NCBI GenBank assembly: GCA_951406725.2
Contig: OX597814.1
Span: 173,476,001-173,540,000 of the forward strand
DNA length: 64,000 nt
Source of the DNA: Octopus vulgaris
Taxonomy: Eukaryota
Direction: 5' to 3'
Every line of letters begins with the position of its first letter. Positions within the stretch are counted from its first letter, which is position 1. A program made the translations under genes and the position numbers. Positions 13,401 through 24,656 of this stretch are shown in pieces. The notes under the pieces are model-generated. The model was not told where the DNA came from, did not search any database, and saw nothing but the letters and a program-made list of their open reading frames with translations.

Positions 13401-13647
13401 ACTGAGATAAGCTTAAAACAGGGGGTTCACTGACTAACAAATACCAGTTCCTCCTCAACAAAATATATTACCTTTTACCTTTTACTTGTTTCAGTCATAA
13501 GACTGCGGCCACGCTGGGGTTCCGTCTTGATTTTTTTTAATTGAATGAATCTACCCCAGTACTTATTTATTTTAAGACTGGTACTTATACTATCGGTCTC
13601 TTTTGCCAAGCTGCTAAGATACGGAGACATAAACACAACAATACCGT

Positions 13648-14464
13648 CAACTTTCCTAAATCGTACAAAGGCGCATGCGCACTTTCAGTGTGTCGACGAG
13701 ACATTCGAAGCTCACGGTGGACGTTCTTAGTATCGAAGACCTATTAGCTTCCGTGGTTCAGTTGCAACGGCAACTACAACAAAAGCAAGAACAACAAAAA
13801 CAGCAAGAACAGGTACAACAGCAACTACAACAACAACAACAAAATCAACAGTTGTTGGAATTATTGCTGCAGTCAAAAAACACTTCCAGGTTCGTTTTCG
13901 GCAGACGCGGTTGCTAATTCAATTGAAAAATTTACTTATAATTCGAAAGAAGGGATTACGTTTTCTGCATACTGCAGAACTTATGAAGGAATCTTCAAGG
14001 AAGAGTGTAAAAGCTGGACGAACGGAAAGAAGATACGTCTTCTTTTAAAGAAATTATCACCAGCAGAACATGAAAGGTTTTGTAATTACATCTTGCCGAG
14101 AAAACCATCCAAAATTTGTTTCGAGGAAACAAGCTATTATCTAAAATGTTCAGTGAAAGAAGTTCACTATTTAATATTCGCCGGGAGTATTTGAATTTGA
14201 AAAAAGGGAACATTTCGTCACGTATACCGGAATCGTAAATAGAGAATGTGAAAAATTTAAACTCGACGAATTAAGCGCGGATATGTTTAAATGTTCAATC
14301 TTCGTACAAGGATTAACGGCAAGTAAAGATGCAGCGATAAGGGCTCAAATATTGACAAATCTTGAACATGATTCAAAACTTTACAAATAGTGGCTGAAGA
14401 ATGCCAAAGAATTATAAATCTACGACAGGACGCAGAAAAAATTGAAACAGATTATTCAGATATA
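13648..14464 (+). mobile_element. Ty3/Gypsy LTR retrotransposon relic, part 1 (LTR end, PBS-like site, gag)
   Basis: ACTTTCA followed by GTGTGTCGACGAG (TGGCGACGAG-like PBS). Then a Q-rich start and broken frames ADAVANSIEKFTY...EHERFCNYILP...VNRECEKFKL...MFKCSIFVQGL, typical of K02A2.6-like gag. Confidence 0.8.
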
Positions 14465-14619
14465 GGAGTGGCTGTGTGGTAAGTAGCTTGCTAACGAACC
14501 ACATGGTTCCGGGTTCAGTCCCACTGCGTGGCATCTTGGGCAAGTGTCTTCTACTATAGCCCCGGGCCGACCATTGCCTTGTGAGTGGATTTGATGGACG
14601 GAAACTGAAAGAAGCCTGT

Positions 14620-14656
<37 letters not shown>
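14465..14656 (+). mobile_element. CORE-type tRNA SINE, 5' half up to its internal (AT)n (3' half at 20561-20797)
   Basis: GGAGTGGCTGTGTGGTAAGTAGC...GGGTTCAGTCCC...CTTGGGCAAGTG. An uninterrupted copy lies at 54908-55336. Confidence 0.9.
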
Positions 14657-14658
<2 letters not shown>

Positions 14659-14755
14659 CGGGAAGCTTTATGAAAATAAACAAAAGACGAAGGCAGGTGG
14701 AAAACAAACGAACAATTGTATTAGTATGGCGCTCAGGAAATATAAATAAAACAAG

Positions 14756-14793
14756 TCTTTAACGTTTCGAGCCTACGCTCTTCAACAGAAAGA
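14756..14793 (-). ncRNA. Minimal hammerhead-like motif in the 3' pLTR (variant core CUGUUGA)
   Basis: UCUUU-CUGUUGA-A-GAGC(GUAG)GCUC-GAAA-CGUU-AAAGA. Stem I UCUUU/AAAGA, stem II 4 bp, palindromic ACGU stem III. Confidence 0.65.
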
Positions 14794-15025
14794 TACACGG
14801 AGAGGGAAAAACACAGAAAGAAGGAGAGAAAAAAATGCGTGCAGTAGCTAACGAATCAACATGGCGATCTGATTTCGGCCAGAGGTCAAAGATCAAACAT
14901 GAGACGCGAGAGCGAAATAAGGGGAGATAATAGGGTTGATAAATGGGTTGAGGGACCAGCTAAAAGTGCGTGGGAGGGGTCTGGATGTGTGTATGTATAG
15001 GGTTGGTGTATGTATTAGTATGTAT

Positions 15026-15060
<35 letters not shown>

Positions 15061-15282
15061 AGAGAGTATTAGTGCGTAAGATTGGTCTGGACGTGCGTAT
15101 GTATGGGGTTGGTGTATGTATTAGTATGTATTAGTATGTATTAGTACGTATTGGTATGTATAGGTGTGTGTGTGTGTGTGAGAGAGAGTATAAGTGCGTA
15201 TGCGGGGTCTGGACGTGTGTATGTATAGGGTTGGTGTAAGTATTAGTATGTACTAGTATGTATTAGTACGTATTAGTATGTA

Positions 15283-18200
15283 TTAGTTGGTGTGTGTATT
15301 AGTATGGCACATCATATGTGATGTGATGTGATGTGTAAAGTCATGTGGTGTAGTGAGGAGAAGAGGGGGAGGGGAGAAGAGGGGGAGAGAAGGGGAGGGG
15401 AAGAAGAGGGGGAGGAGAAGGGGGAGAGGAGAGGATGGGGGAGAAGGAAGGGGATGAGGGGGATGAAGGAGGAAAGAGGGAGAGGGGGAGAGAGAAGGGG
15501 AGAGAGGGAGTGAGGGAGCAGAGGGAAGGGGAAGAGGGAGGGAGAAAGAGGGAAGAAGGGAAGGGGAGTAGGGGTGAAAGGATGAAGGACTGAAGAAGTA
15601 GGGGTCGGGGGAGAAAGGATAGGTGAGGAGGGGGAAAGGGGGGTTAGATGAGGAGGGGGGAGAGTTGAGACCAAATGGCGTATAAGAGCGAAGAGAGAAG
15701 ATTAATTCCTGTTCACGGCGCAAACGGGAATCCGGATGGCCTCTGTGTAAGGACAAACCGAACACAGATAGGTGTTGCAAGGAGTGACCGGTGGAGCGGA
15801 AATGGCGTGAGACCGGTGTGTCGTTCGCAAGGTGGATGTCACGAAGGTGTTCCGCGAACCGGTCAGCCAAGCGGCGTCCCGTTTGTCCGATGTACAAGGA
15901 ATTGCAGAGAGAGCAAGAGATGCAATAGATAATATTGCTGGAGGTGCAGGTGAAGGAGTGGATGATGGGATAGGGTCGATGGTGGGTGCTAGTGAGGCGG
16001 GTGGTGTTGGAGAGGTAAGGGCAAGTGCGGCAACGTGGGCGGGAGCAGGGGAACGAGCCGGGTTGGGAGGTAGGGTCAGGGAAGGAGCTATGGACCAAAA
16101 GGTCTCGAAGGTTGTGGGCTCGTTTGAAAGAGGGGAGGGGTCGGTTAGGGAAGAGGTGTGAAGTGGACGGGTCGGACTGGAGATGACGGAAAGCTCGAAG
16201 AATGGTGCGTTGGAGACGTAGGGTCGTGGGGTGGTAAGTGAGGGGAAAAGGGAGGCGGGAGACTACAGGGCGGGTTCGGGGAGAGAGAGCAGATACACGG
16301 TCCACGGACCGTGCTCTGGCAAGGGCGGTGTGGATAGTGGTGAGGGGGTATCCACGTAGGGTGAAGTGGTGAGCCATACGTTGAGACTGAGTCTCAAAGT
16401 CATGGTCGTCACTACAGAGCCTACGTAGACGGAGGAATTGGGAATAGGGGATGGAAAGCTTGGTGTGTTCTGGGTGGGAGGAAGAGAAGTTGAGGTATGA
16501 GTGTGAGTCTGTGTGTTTGTAGTGAATGGAGGTGGTAAGAGTGGAGTGAAGAATGCTAACCGAAATGTCGAGGAAGGAGACAGAGGTGTTGGAGATAGTG
16601 GAAGTGAAGTGGAGGGCTGGATGGAAAGATTGGACGAAAGAGAGGAAGGAATCTAGATGTTCGCGGGAGAGTGAGGTGGCACCGATAATGTCGTCAATAT
16701 AACGACCATATAGTTCAGGAGTGGGACCAGTGAAATTAGAGAATATTTGGGCCTCAACATAGCCAACGAACAGGTTCGCATAGTTGGGGCCCATTCGCGT
16801 TCCCATGGCCACTCCCGAGACCTGATGGTAGAACTCGCCCGCGAACGAGAAGCAGTTCAGAGTAAGGACAAGTTCGGCCAGACGAATGAGTGTGGAGGTG
16901 TCAGGTACAGGGTTAGAGCGGAGGTCAAGAAAGTGTCGAAGGGCCTGCAGTCCTTCGTGGTGAGGGATAACAGTATAGAGGCTTTGGATGTCCATAGTAA
17001 AAAGGATTTTGGAGGAGCCGGGAGGAAAGGAGAAAGAGTTGAAAAGCCGGAGAGCATGGTTGGTATCGTGGATGTGGGAGGGAAGAGATGCCACTAGGGG
17101 GGCAAGGACACGGTCGAGGTATTTAGAGATGAGCTCCGTGGGGCAGTTACAGGCGGAGACGATGGGGCGGCCAGGGTTGTTGGGTTTGTGGATTTTGGGG
17201 AGGAAGTAAATGGTGGGGGTACGTGGGGTTCGCACAATTAGGTTGGATGCGGTGCGGGGGAGACGGGAGGACGAGATGAGGTCTTGGACAGTAGAGGATA
17301 CCGTCTGTTGGTAGCTACGTGTGGGGTTAGAGGGCAGAGGGGAATAGAAGGAGGTGTCATTGAGTTGGCGGAAAGCCTCGGCCCTATAGAGGTCCGCGCG
17401 CCACACCACTACAGCTCCACCCTTGTCAGCCGGTTTGATGATAATGTCAGCGCGCCGTTGGAGGGAACGAAGAGCCAAGAGCTCAGCCGGGGAGATGTTG
17501 AGGCGGCGTTGGCGCCTGGAGAAGTTGAACCGCTCCAATGCACGCTGACAAGCGCCCGCGAAAAGATCCACTGCTAGGATCTGGCCAGGGGCAGGCGTCC
17601 ACGGGGATGGTCGGCGGCCCAGGCCAGTGAAGCAGTCGTCCTCTTCGTTGGGTGTGGGTGGCGAGTCGTGGTAATGCGCACCCAACCGGACACGGCGCAC
17701 AAAGCTGTGGACATCAACTCGCGTCTGGAATTCCTTACAGGATGGAGTGAGGGGGATGAAACGCAGACCCCTACCAAGGACGGAGCGTTCAGCCGCAGAG
17801 AGGGGAAGATCGGGGGGAATGGTAACAACAGACGGAAGTGGAGAAGGGGTGGATGGAATAGAAGTAGGAGGGGTGGTAGGTCTCGGGGAGGTCTGAGGGG
17901 GAGGGATTGGAGAGGTGTGTGGGGGGTGGTTGGGCGGGGCAGTAGGGTTAGGTGTAGGTGGATGGAGCCTAACGGGAGGGGAGAAGGGGTTGTAGGGAGG
18001 GGCAGTGGGGTTAGGTGTGGGTGGATGGAGCCTATCGGGAGGGGAGAAGGGTGGTGGAGGAGTTGGGGTAGTGGCGTCGGGTAGGGTGGAATGGAAGAGT
18101 GATTGGAGTTTACGAAGTTTGGTATCAGAAAGAAATTGATGGAAGAGTTGATTCAAATGGATAATGAAGCGTAGCGTGTTTGGAGCATAGAGAGGCGGCA

Positions 18201-18552
18201 GAGAGGAGAAGAAGGTGGAGAAAGCAGGAGGAAGAAGGCGGTTGATGGCATGTAGTTTGGAGAGATTGGAGCGAATGGTGGCCCGCATAAGGCGGTAAGA
18301 TGTGGTGCGGAGTATGGGTAAGATGGAAGAATCCGAGTGGAGAGCAGGGTGGAAGTGGAGGCGGAAACCTTTAGGGATGAGTCGGTGATGTAGGCAGCGG
18401 CTTAGGAAAGAGACATGGCTAGAGAAGCGGGTTTTTTAAAAAGAAGTAGAGAGAGATTAACGGACGGCTGAAGGCAATATACAGGAAGCGAACGTAGATG
18501 ATCCTTCAAACGGTGATGGAGGGTGAGGAGGTAGGACCTAGGATCCGGCATG
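15283..18552 (-). CDS. Penelope-like reverse transcriptase/GIY-YIG endonuclease polyprotein (probable ATG at 18552, one frameshift near 18435)
   Basis: IKPADKG, LPKIHK...PGRPIVS, DIQSLYT, GVAMGT, RYIDD, FLD, CSRPRCRTC zinc linker, IIYCISCSLC..YIGQT.R.L..RFAEH, GLN. The upstream frame adds RFSSHVSFLSRC...LIPKGF. Confidence 0.93.
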
Positions 18553-19269
18553 ATGGGATAGCGGAAAAAAACGTTCGAAAAAACAAAAAAAAACAAAAAA
18601 CAAAAATTATCGTATGAAAAAAATAGAAAAAAAGGATAGCGAAAAAAGGGGAAAAAACAAACGTTCAAAAAAACAAAAAAATAATAATCGTATGAAAAAA
18701 CTAGATAAGTAAGCGATAGGGGCAGAAAAGACGGGGCAAACGGAAAAGGGAAAGAAAGAAGGGAAAGAGAGAGGGGAGGCAAAAAAAGGGGGGTGCAGGC
18801 AGAGGAAACGGAGTATGGACATCCAGAGAGGGAAGAAAGACGGAAAGGAGAACAAAAATTCAGGAAAATGTGGGAAGCATGAAATGAATGTAAAAAAAGT
18901 GGTAATATAAGAAGAAATAAAAATACAACAAACGGGACAGTTTATGCGAACAAGTTCAAGGTTGAAAGTTCAAGGTGAGAAATGTGTAGACGTCGTGGTA
19001 TATTTTTTAAGGATTTCACATCAATGCAAAGTCACTTTGATCCGCGAAAGAGAGGTGCAGCCAATGGTAAGTATCCAAGAGGTAAAGAAAATCCAAGGTA
19101 GAGGTAAGTGTTGATAGTGGTATTGGTAGAATATAGGATGAAAGTGAGACCACGTGAGCGCATAATATATAACGGGAAGCTTTATGAAAATAAACAAAAG
19201 ACGAAGGCAGGTGGAAAACAAACGAACAATTGTATTAGTATGGCGCTCAGGAAATATAAATAAAACAAG

Positions 19270-19307
19270 TCTTTAACGTTTCGAGCCTACGCTCTTCAAC
19301 AGAAAGA
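19270..19307 (-). ncRNA. Second identical hammerhead-like motif in the 5' pLTR
   Basis: Identical to 14756-14793, offset 4514 bp. Confidence 0.65.
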
Positions 19308-20560
19308 TACACGGAGAGGAAAAACACAGAAAGAAGGAGAGAAAAAAAATGCGTGCAGTAGCTAACGAATCAACATGGCGATCTGATTTCGGCCAGAGGT
19401 CAAAGATCAAACATGAGACGCGAGAGCGAAATAAGGGGAGATAATAGGGTTGATAAATGGGTTGAGGGACCAGCTAAAAGTGCGTGGGAGGGGTCTGGAT
19501 GTGTGTATGTATAGGGTTGGTGTATGTATTAGTATGTATAAGGGTGTGTGTGTGTGTGTGTGTGTGTATGAGAGAGTATTAGTGCGTAAGATTGGTCTGG
19601 ACGTGCGTATGTATGGGGTTGGTGTATGTATTAGTATGTATTAGTATGTATTAGTACGTATTGGTATGTATAGGTGTGTGTGTGTGTGTGAGAGAGAGTA
19701 TAAGTGCGTATGCGGGGTCTGGACGTGTGTATGTATAGGGTTGGTGTAAGTATTAGTATGTACTAGTATGTATTAGTACGTATTAGTATGTATTAGTTGG
19801 TGTGTGTATTAGTATGGCACATCATATGTGATGTGATGTGATGTGTAAAGTCATGTGGTGTAGTGAGGAGAAGAGGGGGAGGGGAGAAGAGGGGGAGAGA
19901 AGGGGAGGGGAAGAAGAGGGGGAGGAGAAGGGGGAGAGGAGAGGATGGGGGAGAAGGAAGGGGATGAGGGGGATGAAGGAGGAAAGAGGGAGAGGGGGAG
20001 AGAGAAGGGGAGAGAGGGAGTGAGGGAGCAGAGGGAAGGGGAAGAGGGAGGGAGAAAGAGGGAAGAAGGGAAGGGGAGTAGGGGTGAAAGGATGAAGGAC
20101 TGAAGAAGTAGGGGTCGGGGGAGAAAGGATAGGTGAGGAGGGGGAAAGGGGGGTTAGATGAGGAGGGGGAAGAGTTGAGACCAAATGGCGTATAAGAGCG
20201 AAGAGAGAAGATTAATTCCTCTTCACGGCGCAAACGGGAATCCGGATGGCCTCTGTGTAAGGACAAACCGAACACAGATAGGTGTTGCAAGGAGTGACCG
20301 GTGGAGCGGAAATGGCGTGAGACCGGTGTGTCGTTCGCAAGGTGGATGTCACGAAGGTGTTCCGCGAACCGGTCAGCCAAGCGGCGTCCCGTTTGTCCGA
20401 TGTACAAGGAATTGCAGAGAGAGCAAGAGATGCAATAGATAATATTGCTGGAGGTGCAGGTGAAGGAGTGGATGATGGGATAGGGTCGATGGTGGGTGCT
20501 AGTGAGGCGGGTGGTGTTGGAGAGGTAAGGGCAAGTGCGGCAACGTGGGCGGGAGCAGGG

Positions 20561-20797
20561 ATATATATGTATGCGTGTGTGTGTTTGTGTGTCTGTGTTT
20601 GTCCCCCTAGCATTGCTTGACAACCGATGCTGCTGTGTTTACGTCCCCGTCACTTAGCGGTTCGGCAAAAAGAGACCGATAGAATAAGTACTGGGCTTAC
20701 AAAGAATAAGTCGCGGGGTCGATTTGCTCGACTAAAAGGCGGTGCTCCAGCATGGCCGCAGTCAAATGACTGAAACAAGTAAAAGAGTAAAGAGTAA
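20561..20797 (+). mobile_element. 3' half of the CORE-type SINE begun at 14465
   Basis: (AT)(GT) tract, then TTTGTCCCCC...CTTAGCGGTTCGGCAAAAGAGACCG...CAAGTAAAAGAGTAAAGAGT tail. Confidence 0.9.
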
Positions 20798-21043
20798 TAT
20801 ACATACGTGTCGACCGGTAACAGATACGAAAAAAGAAAAACAAGTCAAGATTCAAACCATGTTATGGAAGTGGAGAAATACATTTCAAGAGAAACTGTCC
20901 TTTTAAGAATCTAAAATGTTTTGGATGTGGGAAAATTGAACATAAGAATTGACATTGTTGGGTGAAACAAAAAGGTCGAACAAAAAAAGTTCGAGGAAAA
21001 AAGTATTGTCAACACAAATACAAAGCGAGGCACAAAAAAAATT
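20798..21043 (+). mobile_element. Gypsy relic, part 2 (gag zinc knuckles)
   Basis: PCYGSGEIHFKRNCPFKNLKCFGCGKIEHKN*HC, two CCHC-type knuckles continuing part 1. Confidence 0.8.
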
Positions 21044-22355
21044 GGATCTTTTCTATTCTGAAGCCAGGACCACAGATCTTTCTACTTAACTAAATAATCT
21101 GAAACTTCGTATGCTGATAGAGTCTAGCAAAACAAGACACAGGTTGGAACTAGTTTATTTGAGAAAAATCTATTTTATGACTTTAATCGTAGATTAAAAC
21201 TGCGAATTTTAACCAATCAGATTGTTTGTTTTCATGTGTAAAACTTGACTGCATTCTATTAGTGTGACGTAGAAAGCGCTTTTGTGACGTACTAACGTTC
21301 GGAAAACTGTAAACAAACACGGCAGACGAAATACGGCTACGCATTTCGCCCGGCGTGCTAACGTTTCTGCCAGCTCTTTGCTTTTTTAATATTAAATTTC
21401 GGCGAAGTTTCGCTTGTCGTAGCACAAGTTTTCCGTCGATTTCCGTAAAAAACTTTTATTTTTTTACATAAGTAATGAGAGCGAAAGAGATTAAGAGGAA
21501 GCGATTTTATGACGAGGGAAGTTTGTCTTTGAAGTTACCGTCTAGGGGAAGCATTGATGTACATGTGTGTGTGTGTGTGTGTTTGATGGGGTGTGGGAGA
21601 CAGTATGTTGTGTAAGTGAAGTGCTTCTGTTAGTGTGTGTGAAGAGACAGAGAGAGTAATGTGTGAAAGAGAGAGATAACTGAAATTTTTTTACTCGGTG
21701 TATGTGTATATGTATGTCTGCATGTATGTGTGTGTGTGTGTATGTATCTATGTATGTATGGCCGATTCATCGTAATTACGATGAATCGGCCATACATACA
21801 TACACACACACACATACATACACACACACACATACTTACACATACATACACACACACATACATGCAGACATACATATACACATACACCGAGTAAAAAATT
21901 TCAGTTATCTCTCTCTTTCAATCATTACTCTCTCTGTCTCTTCACACACACTAACAGAAGCACTTCACTTACACAACATACTGTCTCCCACACCCCATCA
22001 AACACACACACACACACACACACATGTACATCAATGCTTCCCCTAGACGGTAACTTCAAAGACAAACTTTTGTTATTAGAAGGTGGCTGACTATAGCTTG
22101 TTTACATTTAAGATGTCTAATACGTCACGAAATTGGTGGTCGAGACGGAGTAAATAAAATAAAGCCGAATGACGGAATATCATTGGTTAAAATTCTAATT
22201 ATTAAACAACGTTAAACTTAGAAGTTACAATTCCGTTTTCATTCTGGTTTACAATTAAGTTTACGTTTGACACATTCTACCAGTATACGAAGTTTCAAAT
22301 TGTTTGGTTCAGTAGGAAAAATTTGAAAAAACTGGCTTCAGAATAGAAAAGATCC
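21044..22355. mobile_element. Non-autonomous TIR DNA element (Merlin- or Mutator-like) with a large internal palindrome
   Basis: Perfect 24-bp TIR GGATCTTTTCTATTCTGAAGCCAG (21044-21067 and 22332-22355). 8-bp TSD AAAAAATT on both sides. Interrupts the Gypsy gag-protease junction. Confidence 0.88.
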
Positions 22356-23059
22356 AAAAAATTTTGTCGCTGTAAAAATAATGTGAATACGAGACTACAG
22401 TGGACACAGGTAGTGACATCACAATAATTTACGAGTATACATGGAAAAGAAAATAGGAAGGCCTGCATTGAAAAAACTGCAAAAATGGCTAGAGGCATCT
22501 TAGGAAAACAATTACGATTTTTGGGCGAAATGATTAGTGAGGTAACATTTCGTGGGAAAACATTGAAAGCTAAAGTTTTTTTGTATAAAAAAAATACGAC
22601 GAACCTTTTTGGCACAGACTGGATAGAATTGTTTAATTTAGGGAACCTCCCCATAAATATTTTTCGTAATAATGTAAACGGTTATAACACCAGTTGAAAT
22701 AAGACGTCAGAAGATTTAGAAAAAGAAATTGAAAAATATTTTTCCTGATGTTCTTTCGGAAGAATTAGGTAGATGCACCAAGACAAAAGAAAAATTTCAA
22801 GTAAAAGAAAATGCCGTACCGGTGTTTAAGCCAAAGAGAACTGTAGCTCTCGCGGCATTGAACAAAGTCAGCGAGGAATTAGATAGGCTAGGAGAGCTGG
22901 GAGTTATAGAAAAGGTTAATTATTCAGAATGGGCAGCACCAGCTGTCTATATAAAGAAAAACAATAAGAAAATGCGAGTTTTTAACAAGATTGAACGAAT
23001 GTTTAAGGACATACAATTATCCACTACCAAGCCCAGAGGAAATTTTGGCGAAACACAAA
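22356..23059 (+). mobile_element. Gypsy relic, part 3 (aspartic protease and RT N-terminus)
   Basis: DTGSDITII, NLFGTDWIELFNL, FSEELGRC...PVFKPKR...EKVNYSEWAAP, YPLPSPEEILAK. Truncated by a LINE. Confidence 0.85.
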
Positions 23060-24110
23060 ATCATCCATGTAAAAGAGATGATTTATATTTTTAGCAAACA
23101 TTTTATAGCTATATTGTACATCATCGAGCAATTTCGAGAGAGGTATTAAGGCTAGACAAAATAGGAGTGGTGGCAGAGAGTCACCCTGGAAAATGCCACG
23201 TGAAATTCTTACATCTCCAGCATTGAGAGATTCATTGTCAACGTTCAAAGTCAGTCTGGTTCTCCATGATCTTGTACTTACAGATACGAAGTTTCGCTGA
23301 GTAGGTGCTTTTTATACATTTCCAGGCATTTCTTAATCCAGCTATGTGGTAAACTATCAAAAGCTTTTTTAAAGTTTATCCAGACTATCGACAAATTCTT
23401 GTTTTTGTTTGTGACAATCTTCCACGATATTCTTAAAGATGAGTAACTAATCTTTACAACCATAGGACCCACGTTTACATCTTTTTGTTCATTAGGGAAG
23501 ATGCCACTTTCTATTTAAAAAAAAACTATAGGTGAATTCAGTCAAGACAGATGTTAGTATTTTATACATTGTTGTTAAGGAGGTTATGGTTCTATAATTT
23601 TTGGCTCGTTTGCTTCTTCATTTTTTTTTTTTTTTTTGAAGTAGAAATATAACACCATTAACTAGCCAATAGGGAATAGTACCAGGTTGCTGCAAAACAC
23701 TGTTGTAAAGTTTTGCTAGTTCATGATTCTCTATGAAGGCCTTTAAGTAGAAGTTAGGGGTTTTATCGTTTCTTGAAAACTTCCATTTGCTTGATTTCTT
23801 GAGAGTAGATCTTACTTCCTCTACCTTGATGCCTTCCCACTTTTGCTCTTCTAAGGAATTTAAGTCGGTAGATATTCTATCAATCCAAGGGGCCATTTAA
23901 TTGTGTTTTATATTTTGCCGAAAGTTTATTCCAAAATTCCTGCGCTTTTTTTTTTTTCTTTTGATGGAACAGACTTTACTGTAACTGGTATTTTCCCTAT
24001 CTTCCTGTAAAAAAAATTTTGAACTATTTTTCAACATTTTGTTGTCCTTGAAGAACCTGACGCGCTTTTCATGCTGTGCTATGCGGACAGCTTTAGCACA
24101 TACCTTTTGC
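23060..24110 (-). mobile_element. R4/Dong-like non-LTR retrotransposon RT fragment
   Basis: WINFKKAFDSLPHSWIKKCLEMY, GIFQGDSLPPLLFCLALIPLS, INHLFYMDD. Frameshifted. Same family as 59640-61023. Confidence 0.8.
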
Positions 24111-24249
24111 GTAATTATTATTATCATTGAGTGATATGCCATCAAAGTGACACTGAAGTAAAATATACGAAGCCCAGTATACCCATCATGACATTAGGCA
24201 CATGCATCACAACCATATGTGAGTGACATGGTGATCACATATCAAGATA

Positions 24250-24572
24250 TAGTTCCACTGCATGGCACCTTGGGCAAGTGTCTTCTACTATAGCCTCGAG
24301 CCTACTAAAGCCGTGTAAATGTAAAAAGGCGGAAACTGAAAGAATCCCGTCGGATATATATATATTTATATTATATATATATATATATGTATGTATGTAT
24401 ATATTTGCGCGTGCAACCGATGCTAGTATGTTTACGTCCCTGTAAACTAGCAGTTCGGCAAAAGCGACCAATAGAAGTACTGGATTTCTTCGGCTGAAAA
24501 ACCCTTTAAGGCGGTGCTCCAGCATGGCCATAGTCAAATGACTGAAACAAGTAAAAGAAAAAAAGAATAAAA
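24250..24572 (+). mobile_element. CORE-type SINE, 5'-truncated
   Basis: GGCACCTTGGGCAAGTGTCTTCTACTATAGCC...GGCGGTGCTCCAGCATGGCC...CAAGTAAAAG. Confidence 0.85.
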
Positions 24573-24620
24573 GAATGTGTGTGGGTGTATTCATATATGC
24601 GTAAATACATGTACACACAA

Positions 24621-24656
<36 letters not shown>

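Larger units (their letters stand above)
14657..20560 (-). mobile_element. Penelope-like retroelement (Neptune-type), partial tandem with two ~1.39-kb pLTRs
   Basis: 14657-16050 is almost identical to 19171-20560. RT plus GIY-YIG ORF between them. Both ends abut AT repeats. Confidence 0.95.

Noticed and set aside
15283-18288. Telomerase or selenoprotein-type PLE
   Set aside because: A GIY-YIG domain and pLTRs are present, and there is no in-frame TGA in the ORF.
18430-18445. Programmed -1 ribosomal frameshift
   Set aside because: The run is not a canonical slippery heptamer in the upstream frame. A homopolymer indel is simpler.
19793-20623. Stand-alone GIY-YIG endonuclease gene (276 aa)
   Set aside because: It is the duplicated pLTR portion of the Penelope ORF, with its start supplied by chance from flanking SINE sequence.
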